From positions 396,418 through 428,417 of the forward strand of contig JBBISB010000001.1 of NCBI GenBank assembly GCA_037441475.1: a DNA stretch of 32,000 nt, in the 5' to 3' direction. This document shows, in pieces, positions 23,720 through 32,000 of this stretch. Both the position numbers and the translations under genes were made by a program. Numbering within the stretch: position 1 is the stretch's first letter; every line of letters starts with the position of its first letter. The notes under the pieces are model-generated. The model was given only the letters and a program-made list of their open reading frames with translations, was not told the origin of the DNA and made no database searches. This DNA comes from Candidatus Iainarchaeum sp. Lineage in GTDB: Archaea > Iainarchaeota > Iainarchaeia > Iainarchaeales > CSSED10-239.

Positions 23720-26161
23720 ATGATCGAACTTGCAAAAAAATACAACCATCTAGAAACAGAACAAAGATGGAAAGAATACTGGAATAAAGAAAAGGTATAT
23801 GCCTTTGATAGAGAAGACACTAAAACACCTATTTATAGTATAGACTCCCCTCCACCAACAATATCTGGTAAACTGCATATGGGGCATGCTTACGGTGGAG
23901 CACAGATGGACTTTTTTGCAAGATATAAAAAGTTTAAAGGATACAATGTTTTACACCCTTTTGGAACTGATGACAACGGCCTTCCAACCCAAAAACTTAT
24001 TGAGAAAATAAAAGGGGTAAAAGCAACAAAAATGAAAAGAGAAGAGTTTATTACTTTATGCCATAACACCCTTGATAACGAACTTAGAGATGACTATATA
24101 CAGAAGTTTAAAGATATTGGAATATCTGTTGATTGGTCCTTTTACTATTCGACTATTGATGATGAATCAAGAAAGATTTCACAAAAATCATTTATTAATA
24201 TTTTTAAACAAAACAGAATCTATAGGATGGATGCACCAACCATGTGGTGTACTAACTGTCAAACAGCAGTTGCTCAAGTTGATCTAGAGGATATAGACAA
24301 AAACTCAATGTTTAATGATATTGTTTTTAAAACAGAAGAAGGAAAAGACCTAATTGTTGCAACTACAAGACCTGAACTACTCTCCTCATGCGTTGCTTTG
24401 TTTTATAATGGAGAGGATGAAAGGTATAAATATCTTAAAGGAAAAGAAGCAATTGTTCCTCTCTTCAATTACAAGGTACCTATCTTAGAGGACCCTAAAG
24501 CAGAGATTGAAAAAGGAACTGGACTTGTTATGTGTTGTACCTTTGGGGATATCACAGATGTTGAATGGCAAAAGATACATGATTTGCCTATTAAAGAATC
24601 AATCTCAAAGGATGGTTTTTTAACTGAAGCTGCAGGTAAGTACCAAGGTATGAAAGTAACTGAAGCTAGAAAAAAAATAATTGAAGATTTAAAAGAAAAT
24701 AATCTTTTAATAAATCAAAAACCAATCTCACATGCTGTTAAGTCTCATGAGAGATGTAAAGAACCAATTGAGTTTGTTAAGTCCAAGCAATGGTTTTTAA
24801 AATATCTAGACATTAAAGATGAAATGCTTTCTTGGTCAGAACAGTTTAAATGGTTTCCTGATTTTTATAAGCATAGATACTCAAACTGGATAAAAGGACT
24901 TAACTGGGATTGGTGCATCTCAAGACAAATACCTTTTGGAATTCCATTTCCTCTTTGGAACTGCGAAGAGTGTGGAGAAACTATTTTAGCAACAGAAGAA
25001 ATGCTTCCAGTAGATCCACTTTACACAAAACCACCTATTCTAAAGTGTCCTAAATGTAATTCAGAAAACATAGCTCCTGAAAAAGATGTTATGACAACCT
25101 GGGCAACCAGTTCCTTAACTCCAAACCTTGTTAAAGAAAAATTAAAAGGACATAAGACATATGACTTAATTAAAAATAAACCAATGGATCTTAGGACACA
25201 GGGGCATGATATTATTTCCTTTTGGTTGTTTAATACCTTAGTTAAATCTAATTTAGAAGAAAACATGATACCTTGGAATATGGTTTACATTAATGGTTGG
25301 CTTCTTGGAACTGATGGAAAGAAGATGTCAAAGTCACTTAATAACGGTGTTGAACCTTCAGAGGTTTTAGAAAAGTATGGTGCTGATGCCTTAAGATATA
25401 TGTCAGGAACCTGTAAACCAGGGCAAGACCTTGCATATCCTGAAAAAGAACTTATTGTTGGACAAAAAACTATTGTTAAGTTGTTTAACTCCACTAAGTT
25501 TGCACTTATACACCTTAAGGATTATTCTCCAAGAAAAGAAGATCTTTTAGAAACACAAAAAATAGATGTTTATCTTTTAAACAGACTTAATGAAACTATT
25601 GAAAATGTAGACAAACATTTAGAAGAGTATGAATACTCAAGAGCACTTGCAGAAATTAATTCTTTCTTTTGGAAGGACTTATGTGACAACTATATTGAGA
25701 TTGTAAAAGATAGGCTTTATAACCCTGATAGAAGGGGAGAGGCTGAAAAGAAGTCAGCACAGTATACCTTGTATAGGTCATTTATAGAGGTTATTAAACT
25801 GTATGGTATTTACATGCCATTTATAGCAGAAGAGCTTTATCACTCACACTTTATTGATTTTGAGAAAGAAAAGTCAGTTCATCTTTTAAAGTTTCCAGAA
25901 AGAATAGATATTGTAAAAGATGATTTAGAGGTATCTTTAGAAATATTAAAAGTAATCTTTGCTATTAGAAACTATAAATCAGGAAACTCACTTTCCTTGA
26001 AAACAGAAATTAAAAAAATAGTTATAAAAACAGAAAAGAACTATATTGGATATATAGATGATCTTAAGGCAGTTACAATAGCTAGTGAGATTGAAACTAC
26101 AAAGGCACTTGAAAATAAAAATTATGAACATGAAAATCTTGAAATGGAAATTATAAGTTGA
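23720..26161 (+). CDS. valS: Valine--tRNA ligase
   Basis: It has the HIGH motif PPPTISGKLHMGHAYG, the editing-domain motif ATTRPELL, the zinc knuckles CEECGE...CPKCNS, and KMSKS in GKKMSKSLNNG followed by YGADALRY. Confidence 0.88.
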   Translation: MIELAKKYNHLETEQRWKEYWNKEKVYAFDREDTKTPIYSIDSPPPTISGKLHMGHAYGGAQMDFFARYKKFKGYNVLHPFGTDDNGLPTQKLIEKIKGVKATKMKREEFITLCHNTLDNELRDDYIQKFKDIGISVDWSFYYSTIDDESRKISQKSFINIFKQNRIYRMDAPTMWCTNCQTAVAQVDLEDIDKNSMFNDIVFKTEEGKDLIVATTRPELLSSCVALFYNGEDERYKYLKGKEAIVPLFNYKVPILEDPKAEIEKGTGLVMCCTFGDITDVEWQKIHDLPIKESISKDGFLTEAAGKYQGMKVTEARKKIIEDLKENNLLINQKPISHAVKSHERCKEPIEFVKSKQWFLKYLDIKDEMLSWSEQFKWFPDFYKHRYSNWIKGLNWDWCISRQIPFGIPFPLWNCEECGETILATEEMLPVDPLYTKPPILKCPKCNSENIAPEKDVMTTWATSSLTPNLVKEKLKGHKTYDLIKNKPMDLRTQGHDIISFWLFNTLVKSNLEENMIPWNMVYINGWLLGTDGKKMSKSLNNGVEPSEVLEKYGADALRYMSGTCKPGQDLAYPEKELIVGQKTIVKLFNSTKFALIHLKDYSPRKEDLLETQKIDVYLLNRLNETIENVDKHLEEYEYSRALAEINSFFWKDLCDNYIEIVKDRLYNPDRRGEAEKKSAQYTLYRSFIEVIKLYGIYMPFIAEELYHSHFIDFEKEKSVHLLKFPERIDIVKDDLEVSLEILKVIFAIRNYKSGNSLSLKTEIKKIVIKTEKNYIGYIDDLKAVTIASEIETTKALENKNYEHENLEMEIIS

Positions 26162-26167
26162 GAATAA

Positions 26168-26668
26168 ATGGAAGAAAGAAGAATTAGTTTTTTAGGAGAT
26201 TTATTAATAATCATTGTTATTGTTTTCTTTGTTTTTTTGTTTTTAAACCAAACAAAGACAAATAACATTAATCAAGTGGTTTTAATAAATCAAGAGTTTG
26301 GGGTTACAAAACACATCTTAGTTCCGTATGATGCTTCCGGGTATATAGCTAAGCTATCTTCTCTTTCTGAAAAACAAGTTACTGAAAACTTAATTGATTT
26401 TACTTTACTTACAACTGAGATATCTGAAGTTGAAGGTATGCTTTATAGAGCCTCTATTGTTAGGGAAGAGTGTGCATCTAGAGATTTAAAATTAAAAATA
26501 AATGCAGTTTATCTTAAAACAGAGAGACTTGAAAAAAATTTCTCTGAGATGAGTGATAAAAAGTATGATAAACTAAATATTGATAGCTATAAGTTATATT
26601 TAAGCAATGTTAAGAAAACATATTTTACATATAAAACAGATATTGAGAAAGTTACTACTTGTAAATGA
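26168..26668 (+). CDS. Hypothetical N-terminally anchored small membrane protein
   Basis: The TM helix is FLGDLLIIIVIVFFVFLFL, followed by a 130-aa soluble part with two Cys (one penultimate). The gene sits between valS (6-nt gap) and bud32 (12-nt gap). Confidence 0.5.
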   Translation: MEERRISFLGDLLIIIVIVFFVFLFLNQTKTNNINQVVLINQEFGVTKHILVPYDASGYIAKLSSLSEKQVTENLIDFTLLTTEISEVEGMLYRASIVREECASRDLKLKINAVYLKTERLEKNFSEMSDKKYDKLNIDSYKLYLSNVKKTYFTYKTDIEKVTTCK

Positions 26669-26680
26669 AGTTGAAAAAAT

Positions 26681-27250
26681 ATGGAAAAAATAGCACACGG
26701 AGCAGAAGCCTTTCTTTATAAAACAAAGATATTTGATAAAGAGGTGTGTGTTAAGCAAAGGGTATCTAAGAGATACAGACACCCCCTTCTTGATAAAAGA
26801 ATATTAAAAACAAGAAACAAGGAAGAGGCTTTTCTTTTAAGAAAAATAAAAAAAAATAACTTAAATGCTCCAAACGTTTATTACCTTTCTGAAAATAAAA
26901 TTATTATGCAGTATATTAAGGACGATTGTAAGCATAAGGATATGTTGTTTAAGATAGGAGAAGAGATTGCTAAAATGCATAACATAAATATTGTGCATGG
27001 AGACTTAAACTTAATAAACATCTTAACCATGAAAGGAGAGGTTTACTTTATTGACTTTGGGCTTGGTTTTGTTTCCTTAAAGGTTGAGGACAAGGCAACT
27101 GATCTTTTGGTTTTTAAAAAAACATTGTCCTCTCTTAAGAAAACAGAAGATTTTTGGGAAAATATTAAAAAAGGATACCTAAACAAAACAAATAATAAGG
27201 AGATTGTTATGAAAATAGAGATTATTGAGAAAAGAGCAAGATATCTTTAA
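26681..27250 (+). CDS. bud32: Bud32/PRPK-type Kae1-associated kinase (KEOPS subunit), stand-alone
   Basis: Motifs seen are GAEAFLYKT...VKQRVSKRYRHPLLDKRILKTRNKEEAFLLRK, the catalytic IVHGDLNLINIL, and YFIDFGLG. Length is 189 aa. Confidence 0.88.
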   Translation: MEKIAHGAEAFLYKTKIFDKEVCVKQRVSKRYRHPLLDKRILKTRNKEEAFLLRKIKKNNLNAPNVYYLSENKIIMQYIKDDCKHKDMLFKIGEEIAKMHNINIVHGDLNLINILTMKGEVYFIDFGLGFVSLKVEDKATDLLVFKKTLSSLKKTEDFWENIKKGYLNKTNNKEIVMKIEIIEKRARYL

Positions 27251-27368
27251 ACAATAATATATATAAATACATCGCAATAATAATATATATAATATATACT
27301 TTTTATAAAAATATCGCCACAATTTTTATATAAAAAAATTAGATAAATTAAATAAAACATGATTAAGT

Positions 27369-27770
27369 ATGGTTGAAAAGAAAAAAAATACAAAAAAATT
27401 AGAAAAAGATGAAATCTATAAAAAAATAGAAGAAATGACAAAAAAGGGAGAGTCAAATGCAAAGATTGGACTTGAACTTAAAAAAGAAAATGTTTTAAAA
27501 ACTAAAAAAGAAGTTGGAAAAAGAATTGGTAAGATCCAAAAAGAACTTAAAATTCAAAAAGAAATTCCTGATGACTTAATGGCACTTATTAGAAAAGCTG
27601 TTAAGTTAATAAAGCATAAAGGAACTAACAAAAAGGATACAAGAGGAAAACTTGGATATCAATTAACTGTTTCTAAAATTAATAGATTAAAAAAATATTA
27701 TATAAGACAAGGTATATTAGCTAAGGATTGGAGATACTCTGATGAAAAAGCAAAATTACTTGTGAAATAA
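27369..27770 (+). CDS. rps15: Ribosomal protein uS15 (S15P/S13e)
   Basis: The segment IPDDLMALIRKAVKLIKHKGTNKKDTRGKLGYQLTVSKINRLKKYYIRQGILAKDWRY matches the S15P/S13e C-terminal signature. Confidence 0.88.
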   Translation: MVEKKKNTKKLEKDEIYKKIEEMTKKGESNAKIGLELKKENVLKTKKEVGKRIGKIQKELKIQKEIPDDLMALIRKAVKLIKHKGTNKKDTRGKLGYQLTVSKINRLKKYYIRQGILAKDWRYSDEKAKLLVK

Positions 27771-27790
27771 AATTAAGATGGTGTATTTAA

Positions 27791-28363
27791 ATGGTAAAAG
27801 AAAAAAAGAAAACTGTAGACAACTGGAAAAAGAAAAAATGGTACAATGTTACTGCTGATCCTGTTTTTGACTCAAAAGAAATTGCAAAAACAATTGCTCT
27901 TGAAAATAAACAATTAATAGGAAGAACTGTTGTTAAGTCATTAAATGATTTAACATCTAACATAAAAGACTCAGGATATACTATATCTTTCAAGATATAC
28001 AAAGTAACTGGGACAACTGCAGAAACACAGATACAAGAACTTGATACTAAGGTTGCAAACCTTAAAAGAATGATAAGACGTGGAAAATCAAAGATTGAGA
28101 TTATCTTTTTTGTTGAAACAAAGGATTCTCAAAAACTTAAATTAAAGGTAATGTGTCTTTCAGGAACTAAGTTTACAACCTCTAATAGAACAGAGACTAG
28201 AAACACAATAGTTTCTCACATGCAAGAAGAGATTAAAGAAAAGACTTTAAAAGAAGTTTGGGGAAACATCATTTACCAGAAGTTCTCTGAAAAACTTAAA
28301 AAGAAACTTGTAAAACTTGGCTATATAAATAAAGTATTAATCTTGAAAGCTAAGCTAATATGA
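27791..28363 (+). CDS. rps3ae: Ribosomal protein eS1 (S3Ae)
   Basis: The N-terminal KKKKWYNVTADPVFDSKEIAKT matches the S3Ae hallmark KKKWY.i.AP..F. Length is 190 aa. Confidence 0.85.
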   Translation: MVKEKKKTVDNWKKKKWYNVTADPVFDSKEIAKTIALENKQLIGRTVVKSLNDLTSNIKDSGYTISFKIYKVTGTTAETQIQELDTKVANLKRMIRRGKSKIEIIFFVETKDSQKLKLKVMCLSGTKFTTSNRTETRNTIVSHMQEEIKEKTLKEVWGNIIYQKFSEKLKKKLVKLGYINKVLILKAKLI

Positions 28364-28370
28364 TGGCATT

Positions 28371-29060
28371 ATGCTTTTTTTATATTTTATTGTTTTTATT
28401 TTAATTGGTATCTTCTTAAACCTTTTAAGAGGATACGACCTTTTTACTATTTCTTTAATATATGTAGTTTTTAGTATAATGCTTTATTTTGTAAATATCT
28501 ATGCTGTTATTTATGTAATTATTTTTTTTGGTATGGCAGAAGGAATAACTCTTTTGTTTAATAAAAGACATGAAAAAAGAAATTATTATAACATTGTTGG
28601 AAACTGTTCAGCTGCAGTTATTTTTTTAATATTAGGTTTTGTTATTGATAAACTACAGATTCTTGATTTTTCTTTGTTTGTTCTTGCAAGCATTGTTTCT
28701 ATTAATGCTGCGTTTGCAGACACCTTCTCTTCTGAGATTGGAAGACTTTCTAGGATTAAGCCAAGACTTATAACTACTTTTAAGAGGGTTGAAAGAGGGA
28801 CTGAAGGAGCAATTACTTTTTTAGGAATAGTTGCAGCTACCTTTGCATCTTTTATATCTGTTACTTACTTTTATTTTCTAGGGTATACTCATACTTTCTT
28901 AATAGTTCTTTTTATAGGTGGAATCTTAGGTTCTGTTATTGATAGCTTTATTGGAGCTGCTATTGAAAGGAAAGGTATTTTTAATAACAACCAAACTAAT
29001 TTTCTTGCAACATTCTTAGCTGGTTGTTTAGCTATTTTGATATATGTTTTGATTATTTAG
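28371..29060 (+). CDS. DUF92/TMEM19-family polytopic membrane protein
   Basis: It shows AAFADTFSSEIGRLS...PRLITTFKRVERGTEGAITFLG and GSVIDSFIGAAIE, the DUF92-type aDT.aSEiG / GT.G motifs. Confidence 0.7.
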   Translation: MLFLYFIVFILIGIFLNLLRGYDLFTISLIYVVFSIMLYFVNIYAVIYVIIFFGMAEGITLLFNKRHEKRNYYNIVGNCSAAVIFLILGFVIDKLQILDFSLFVLASIVSINAAFADTFSSEIGRLSRIKPRLITTFKRVERGTEGAITFLGIVAATFASFISVTYFYFLGYTHTFLIVLFIGGILGSVIDSFIGAAIERKGIFNNNQTNFLATFLAGCLAILIYVLII

Positions 29061-29125
29061 GTTTTTTACTAGCGAGAGAGGACTCTTTTCTTGTTTCTTA
29101 AAAGAAATACCTTTTCTTTTATAAA

Positions 29126-29154
29126 AATATTTATATAAATATCGTAGGATATTT
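29126..29154 (+). promoter_or_regulatory. TATA box (tttatataa, 29130-29138) overlapping a 7-bp perfect inverted repeat (AAATATC-gtag-GATATTT, 29137-29154) just upstream of ATG 29160
   Basis: The TATA centre is about 26 nt from the ATG, which fits a leaderless transcript. The palindrome would cover the predicted TSS, the classic position for an archaeal repressor operator. This was read directly from the sequence. Confidence 0.35.
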
Positions 29155-29159
29155 ATTAC

Positions 29160-29597
29160 ATGGATAAAAAGGGAAAGAAGCTTTTAATGTTTGTTATCTA
29201 CTTTACTGTTATCTATAGCTTGCTTAGCTTTATCTTTCTTAAGAGCATAGCAACTCCCTTGATTAATCTTTGGGAGTATCTAATAAAAAGCATCTTTGAT
29301 AACTTCTTTAATTATGAGCCTTTTATCTTTGTTCCTGTGTGTAGTGGAGTTATTAGTATAGCTATCTACCTTGGGATAACCTTTGCAGGAAAGATATCTT
29401 TTAAAAAGAAGTTAGATATTAAGTGGGTTCTTTTTAGTGTGCTTTTGATATGGATAGTTAACTTTTTAAGACTACTTTTAGTTTTACTTGCAGAAAAAAT
29501 AAGCTTGCAAGTAGCAAAAATAACACACGTGGCTTCTTGGTTTGTTGTTGGGTTAATTATACATTCCCTTGTTTTAAAAACCTTTGAAAAGAAATAG
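29160..29597 (+). CDS. Minimal exosortase/archaeosortase-like membrane protein (core domain only)
   Basis: The 145-aa protein has about 4 TM helices. Cys61 lies in FVPVCSGV, N101-F-L-R104 follows 43 residues later, and His123 and His135 sit in the last helices. This matches the C-S-G...N-x-x-R...H layout of the exosortase/archaeosortase core as I recall it. Confidence 0.5.
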   Translation: MDKKGKKLLMFVIYFTVIYSLLSFIFLKSIATPLINLWEYLIKSIFDNFFNYEPFIFVPVCSGVISIAIYLGITFAGKISFKKKLDIKWVLFSVLLIWIVNFLRLLLVLLAEKISLQVAKITHVASWFVVGLIIHSLVLKTFEKK

Positions 29598-29611
29598 AAA
29601 AAAGGAAAAAA

Positions 29612-31243
29612 TTAATTTCCTTCTTTAGAAACAATATGTCTTGCTATCTGTGCATAAACAGGTCTTACTATAAAGATACCAATAGCAGTTCCTATTAAGA
29701 TAGTTACAGCAAAACCAACTAATTTTCCTAAACCTAAACTAAAGAAGATAATTGGAAACATTGTAGCTGCTGTTGTTGCTGCTGCTGCAAACATAATAAA
29801 GAATGCCTTCTTAACTTTCTTTAAAAGACTTTCATTATGCTCAGCTTCATCTTTTTTCTTACCTCTTAAAAGCTCATCAATAATGATTATGTTATCATCA
29901 ACACCAGTTCCAATAGTTGCTAAGATACCAGCAACTGCTGCTAAATCTAACCTAAAGTTCATTAAAGAAAGAACACCTAAAAGTATTAAAATCTCACTTG
30001 CACTTGTTAAGATAATAGGTGCAGCTAAATTAAATCTTTTATACCTAATAAACAAAACAATAGCAACTGTTAAGATAGCAAAGACACCAATCCAAAGAGA
30101 AGTTTTCAAAAAAGACTTTCCTAAAAAAGGAGATATCGATTCTGTACTTATACTATCAATTGCAATTGGAAGAGAACCAGACTCTAAGATTAATAATAGT
30201 TCATCAAGTCTTTCTTTTGAAGAAGGATATGAATCAGCATGTCCAGTTATGTTAAGTTGAGAAAAGGTTTGAAATCTTGAAGATTCCATGCTTGAAACAT
30301 CCATGTTTGCAATACCAGGAGTTATTGAAATAACAGACTTTAAGCCTGTTGCATCCCATATCCATGGCACTTCTTCTTGCTTTGTAACAGAGATTACTTT
30401 AAAACCAATTTCATCTAACTGTTCTTTTACCTCTATTGAAACTAAAGGAGAAATGATTACTTTTGAATAAGTGTTAAAATGTTCTTCAAGTTCTAAAACC
30501 TCACTTGCTGTTAAGTTTCCATCAACTATGTAGTAAGGAGTTGTTAATTGATCTAAAAGATCTTCAATTGGAAATGAAGAAGAATAAAATCCAGGCACTA
30601 AAGGAACATCTTTTTCCTCTAAATAAGTTGTTTTATCAATAATCATTATAGCATCTGTAGGTCTATCAATAAAGAAATATGTTTTTTCACACTCATATCT
30701 TTCATCAATAGTTCCACCTGAAAAACCAGTAGGTGTACATTTATGGAAAGTCATTTGAGCAAATCTTTTAGCTGCATCAGGGGAAAGTAAGAAAGGAAGA
30801 GACCATTGATAATCAACACCCTTTGTTATCTCTTGTGTACCATATCCTCTTGAAGGGTCCTTATAGATGGTTCTTATGTCTTCACCAGAAAATAAAACAT
30901 CACCGTTTAAAACAGCTTCAAAATTACCTTGCTTTAAAAGAACAGATCTTAAGGAAGCAATTTCATCAGGATCAGACTCTGCTATCTGGATGGTTATATA
31001 CTGGCTTCCAGAAGGAGTGACTCTAGCATCCTTTGAACCAGACCAATCCAGTCTTCTTCCTAAGATAGATGCTGCTTGAGAAAGAGCTTCAGCTGAAACT
31101 GGTTCTTCTAAGACAACTTGAAAAGCAGTTCCACCACTAAAGTCAACACCAAACTTAAGGCCTGATGTTGCTAAGATAGTTAAAGAAACTATGATTAAGA
31201 TTATCCAAAAAATAATTATTGGTTTTTTAATTAATGTTTTCAT
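29612..31243 (-). CDS. secD: Protein-export membrane protein SecD
   Basis: An N-terminal TM helix and a large extracytoplasmic domain are followed by a C-terminal 6-TM bundle with GTGVDDNIIIIDE (SecD/F/RND-like motif). The gene lies directly downstream of secF. Confidence 0.85.
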   Translation of the reverse strand: MKTLIKKPIIIFWIILIIVSLTILATSGLKFGVDFSGGTAFQVVLEEPVSAEALSQAASILGRRLDWSGSKDARVTPSGSQYITIQIAESDPDEIASLRSVLLKQGNFEAVLNGDVLFSGEDIRTIYKDPSRGYGTQEITKGVDYQWSLPFLLSPDAAKRFAQMTFHKCTPTGFSGGTIDERYECEKTYFFIDRPTDAIMIIDKTTYLEEKDVPLVPGFYSSSFPIEDLLDQLTTPYYIVDGNLTASEVLELEEHFNTYSKVIISPLVSIEVKEQLDEIGFKVISVTKQEEVPWIWDATGLKSVISITPGIANMDVSSMESSRFQTFSQLNITGHADSYPSSKERLDELLLILESGSLPIAIDSISTESISPFLGKSFLKTSLWIGVFAILTVAIVLFIRYKRFNLAAPIILTSASEILILLGVLSLMNFRLDLAAVAGILATIGTGVDDNIIIIDELLRGKKKDEAEHNESLLKKVKKAFFIMFAAAATTAATMFPIIFFSLGLGKLVGFAVTILIGTAIGIFIVRPVYAQIARHIVSKEGN

Positions 31244-31256
31244 TTATAATTCACAT

Positions 31257-32000
31257 TTAGTTTTTGTGTTTCCTTTCTGCATACTTGATTAATGCAGGTG
31301 CATTGAAAAGCCATGTTGAGATTAAGTCACCAAAAAGACCACATAATAAAATAATTGAAATCTCAAAGATTACAAGCATTTGTGTAAAGTAAGAAATTAC
31401 AAGCATAACTATTACTGTTGCCATGGTTGTAAAAGTCATTGTTAAACCAGTTGCAATTGAGGAGTTTGCTGAATAGATAGGGTCCTTTGAAGAATCTTTT
31501 AAAACCCTTGTGGTAAGTAAGATATCTGTGTCTACAGAATAACCTATAAGCATTAAAAGAGCAGGTATTGTTGTTAAGCTTAAATGGATATTAAAGATAG
31601 CCATTCCTGCAAGTGCAGCAAAAACATCAAAGATAACAGCAAAGATAATTAAAGCTGATGGAACTATCTCTCTAAAGAAAAGTAAAATAACAATTATTAG
31701 TAAGGAGAAGGCAACAATACCAACCTTGATTGAACTTTTAACAAAGTCTTTTCCTAAGGTAGGTGCAATTTCTCTTGTTTGTATTCTTGAATTTTCTTTT
31801 AAATTAAGCTCAGTTGTTACAAGAGTTGTTACTTGGTTATAAAAATTATTGTTTGCAAGGCTTAAGCTTTCAGATAAGCTTTGTCTTAAGTCCTCTACGT
31901 TTCTAGACGTTTCAATAAATAATAAATCTGCAGGAGCTAAAAAGTTTCTTTCAACAAGAGGGGTTAAAATATTTCTTGTCTCTACTTTTAAGGTTTCTAA
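31257..32000 (-). CDS. secF: Protein-export membrane protein SecF; N-terminus lies beyond the window edge
   Basis: My own translation shows the frame stays open from 31604 to 32000: ...PTLGKDFVKSSIKVGIVAFSLLIIVILLFFREIVPSALIIFAVIFDVFAALAGMAIFNIHLSLTTIPALLMLIGYSVDTDILLTTRV. The track only reports the piece starting at the internal Met. GYSVDTDIL is the SecF/SecD TM-bundle motif. Confidence 0.85.
   Translation of the reverse strand, partial: LETLKVETRNILTPLVERNFLAPADLLFIETSRNVEDLRQSLSESLSLANNNFYNQVTTLVTTELNLKENSRIQTREIAPTLGKDFVKSSIKVGIVAFSLLIIVILLFFREIVPSALIIFAVIFDVFAALAGMAIFNIHLSLTTIPALLMLIGYSVDTDILLTTRVLKDSSKDPIYSANSSIATGLTMTFTTMATVIVMLVISYFTQMLVIFEISIILLCGLFGDLISTWLFNAPALIKYAERKHKN

Noticed and set aside
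27304-27330. A 9-bp A/T inverted repeat (tataaaaat-N9-atttttata) with a CG-containing loop, downstream of bud32 and upstream of rps15.
   Set aside because: The stem is entirely A/T and easily arises by chance in this composition. The right arm doubles as the likely rps15 TATA box. I note it only as part of the TATAAA-ATCG motif observation.
29730-29790. A GCT/GTT-rich run (gctgctgttgttgctgctgctgc) that looked like a microsatellite.
   Set aside because: It is in frame within secD and encodes the Ala/Thr-rich TM segment AAAATTAATM. This is compositional, not a repeat element.
1-32000. A search for CRISPR arrays, transposases or integrases, toxin-antitoxin pairs, restriction-modification or other defence islands, and for rRNA/tRNA genes.
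   Set aside because: There are no spaced direct repeats. No ORF has recognisable nuclease, transposase, integrase or methylase-endonuclease motifs beyond the housekeeping HemK-like methylase and TatD. No GC-rich structured-RNA-like segment appears in any spacer. The window reads as core chromosome.

Overview
This is a strongly AT-rich, gene-dense archaeal chromosomal segment. I call 37 CDS, two of them cut by the window edges. The archaeal assignment rests on Orc1/Cdc6, PriL, RpoK, RpoL, Csl4, Pelota, NAC, S17e, S3Ae, S15P/S13e, Bud32, Cdc48, archaeal-type SepF, a Sec11-type signal peptidase and pilins with class III signal peptides. Small proteins, tight or overlapping operons, mixed Shine-Dalgarno and leaderless starts, and several lineage-specific orphans suggest a small-genome (DPANN-like) archaeon, but that is inference only. 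I found no rRNA, tRNA, CRISPR array, transposase, integrase or recognisable defence system. Most of the window is housekeeping: translation, replication, protein export and tRNA modification. I cannot demonstrate a novel multi-gene system from sequence alone. The leads most worth follow-up are:
(1) A 145-aa protein carrying only the exosortase/archaeosortase core signature (CSG...NxxR...H), with its own TATA box and an operator-like palindrome, next to a DUF92 protein and SecDF.
(2) sepF followed 14 nt later by an uncharacterised protein with tandem PepSY-like modules and a C-terminal membrane anchor.
(3) A type-IV-pilus-like locus with two cysteine-paired pilins and a FlaJ/PilC platform protein split into two TadB/TadC-like genes, with no adjacent ATPase or prepilin peptidase.
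(4) Co-localisation of ribosome-rescue and quality-control homologues: Cdc48, an NFACT-R-only protein, Pelota, and a coupled Mtq2-like methylase and DRG GTPase.
All protein-family calls come from motif recognition by eye. No database search was run.
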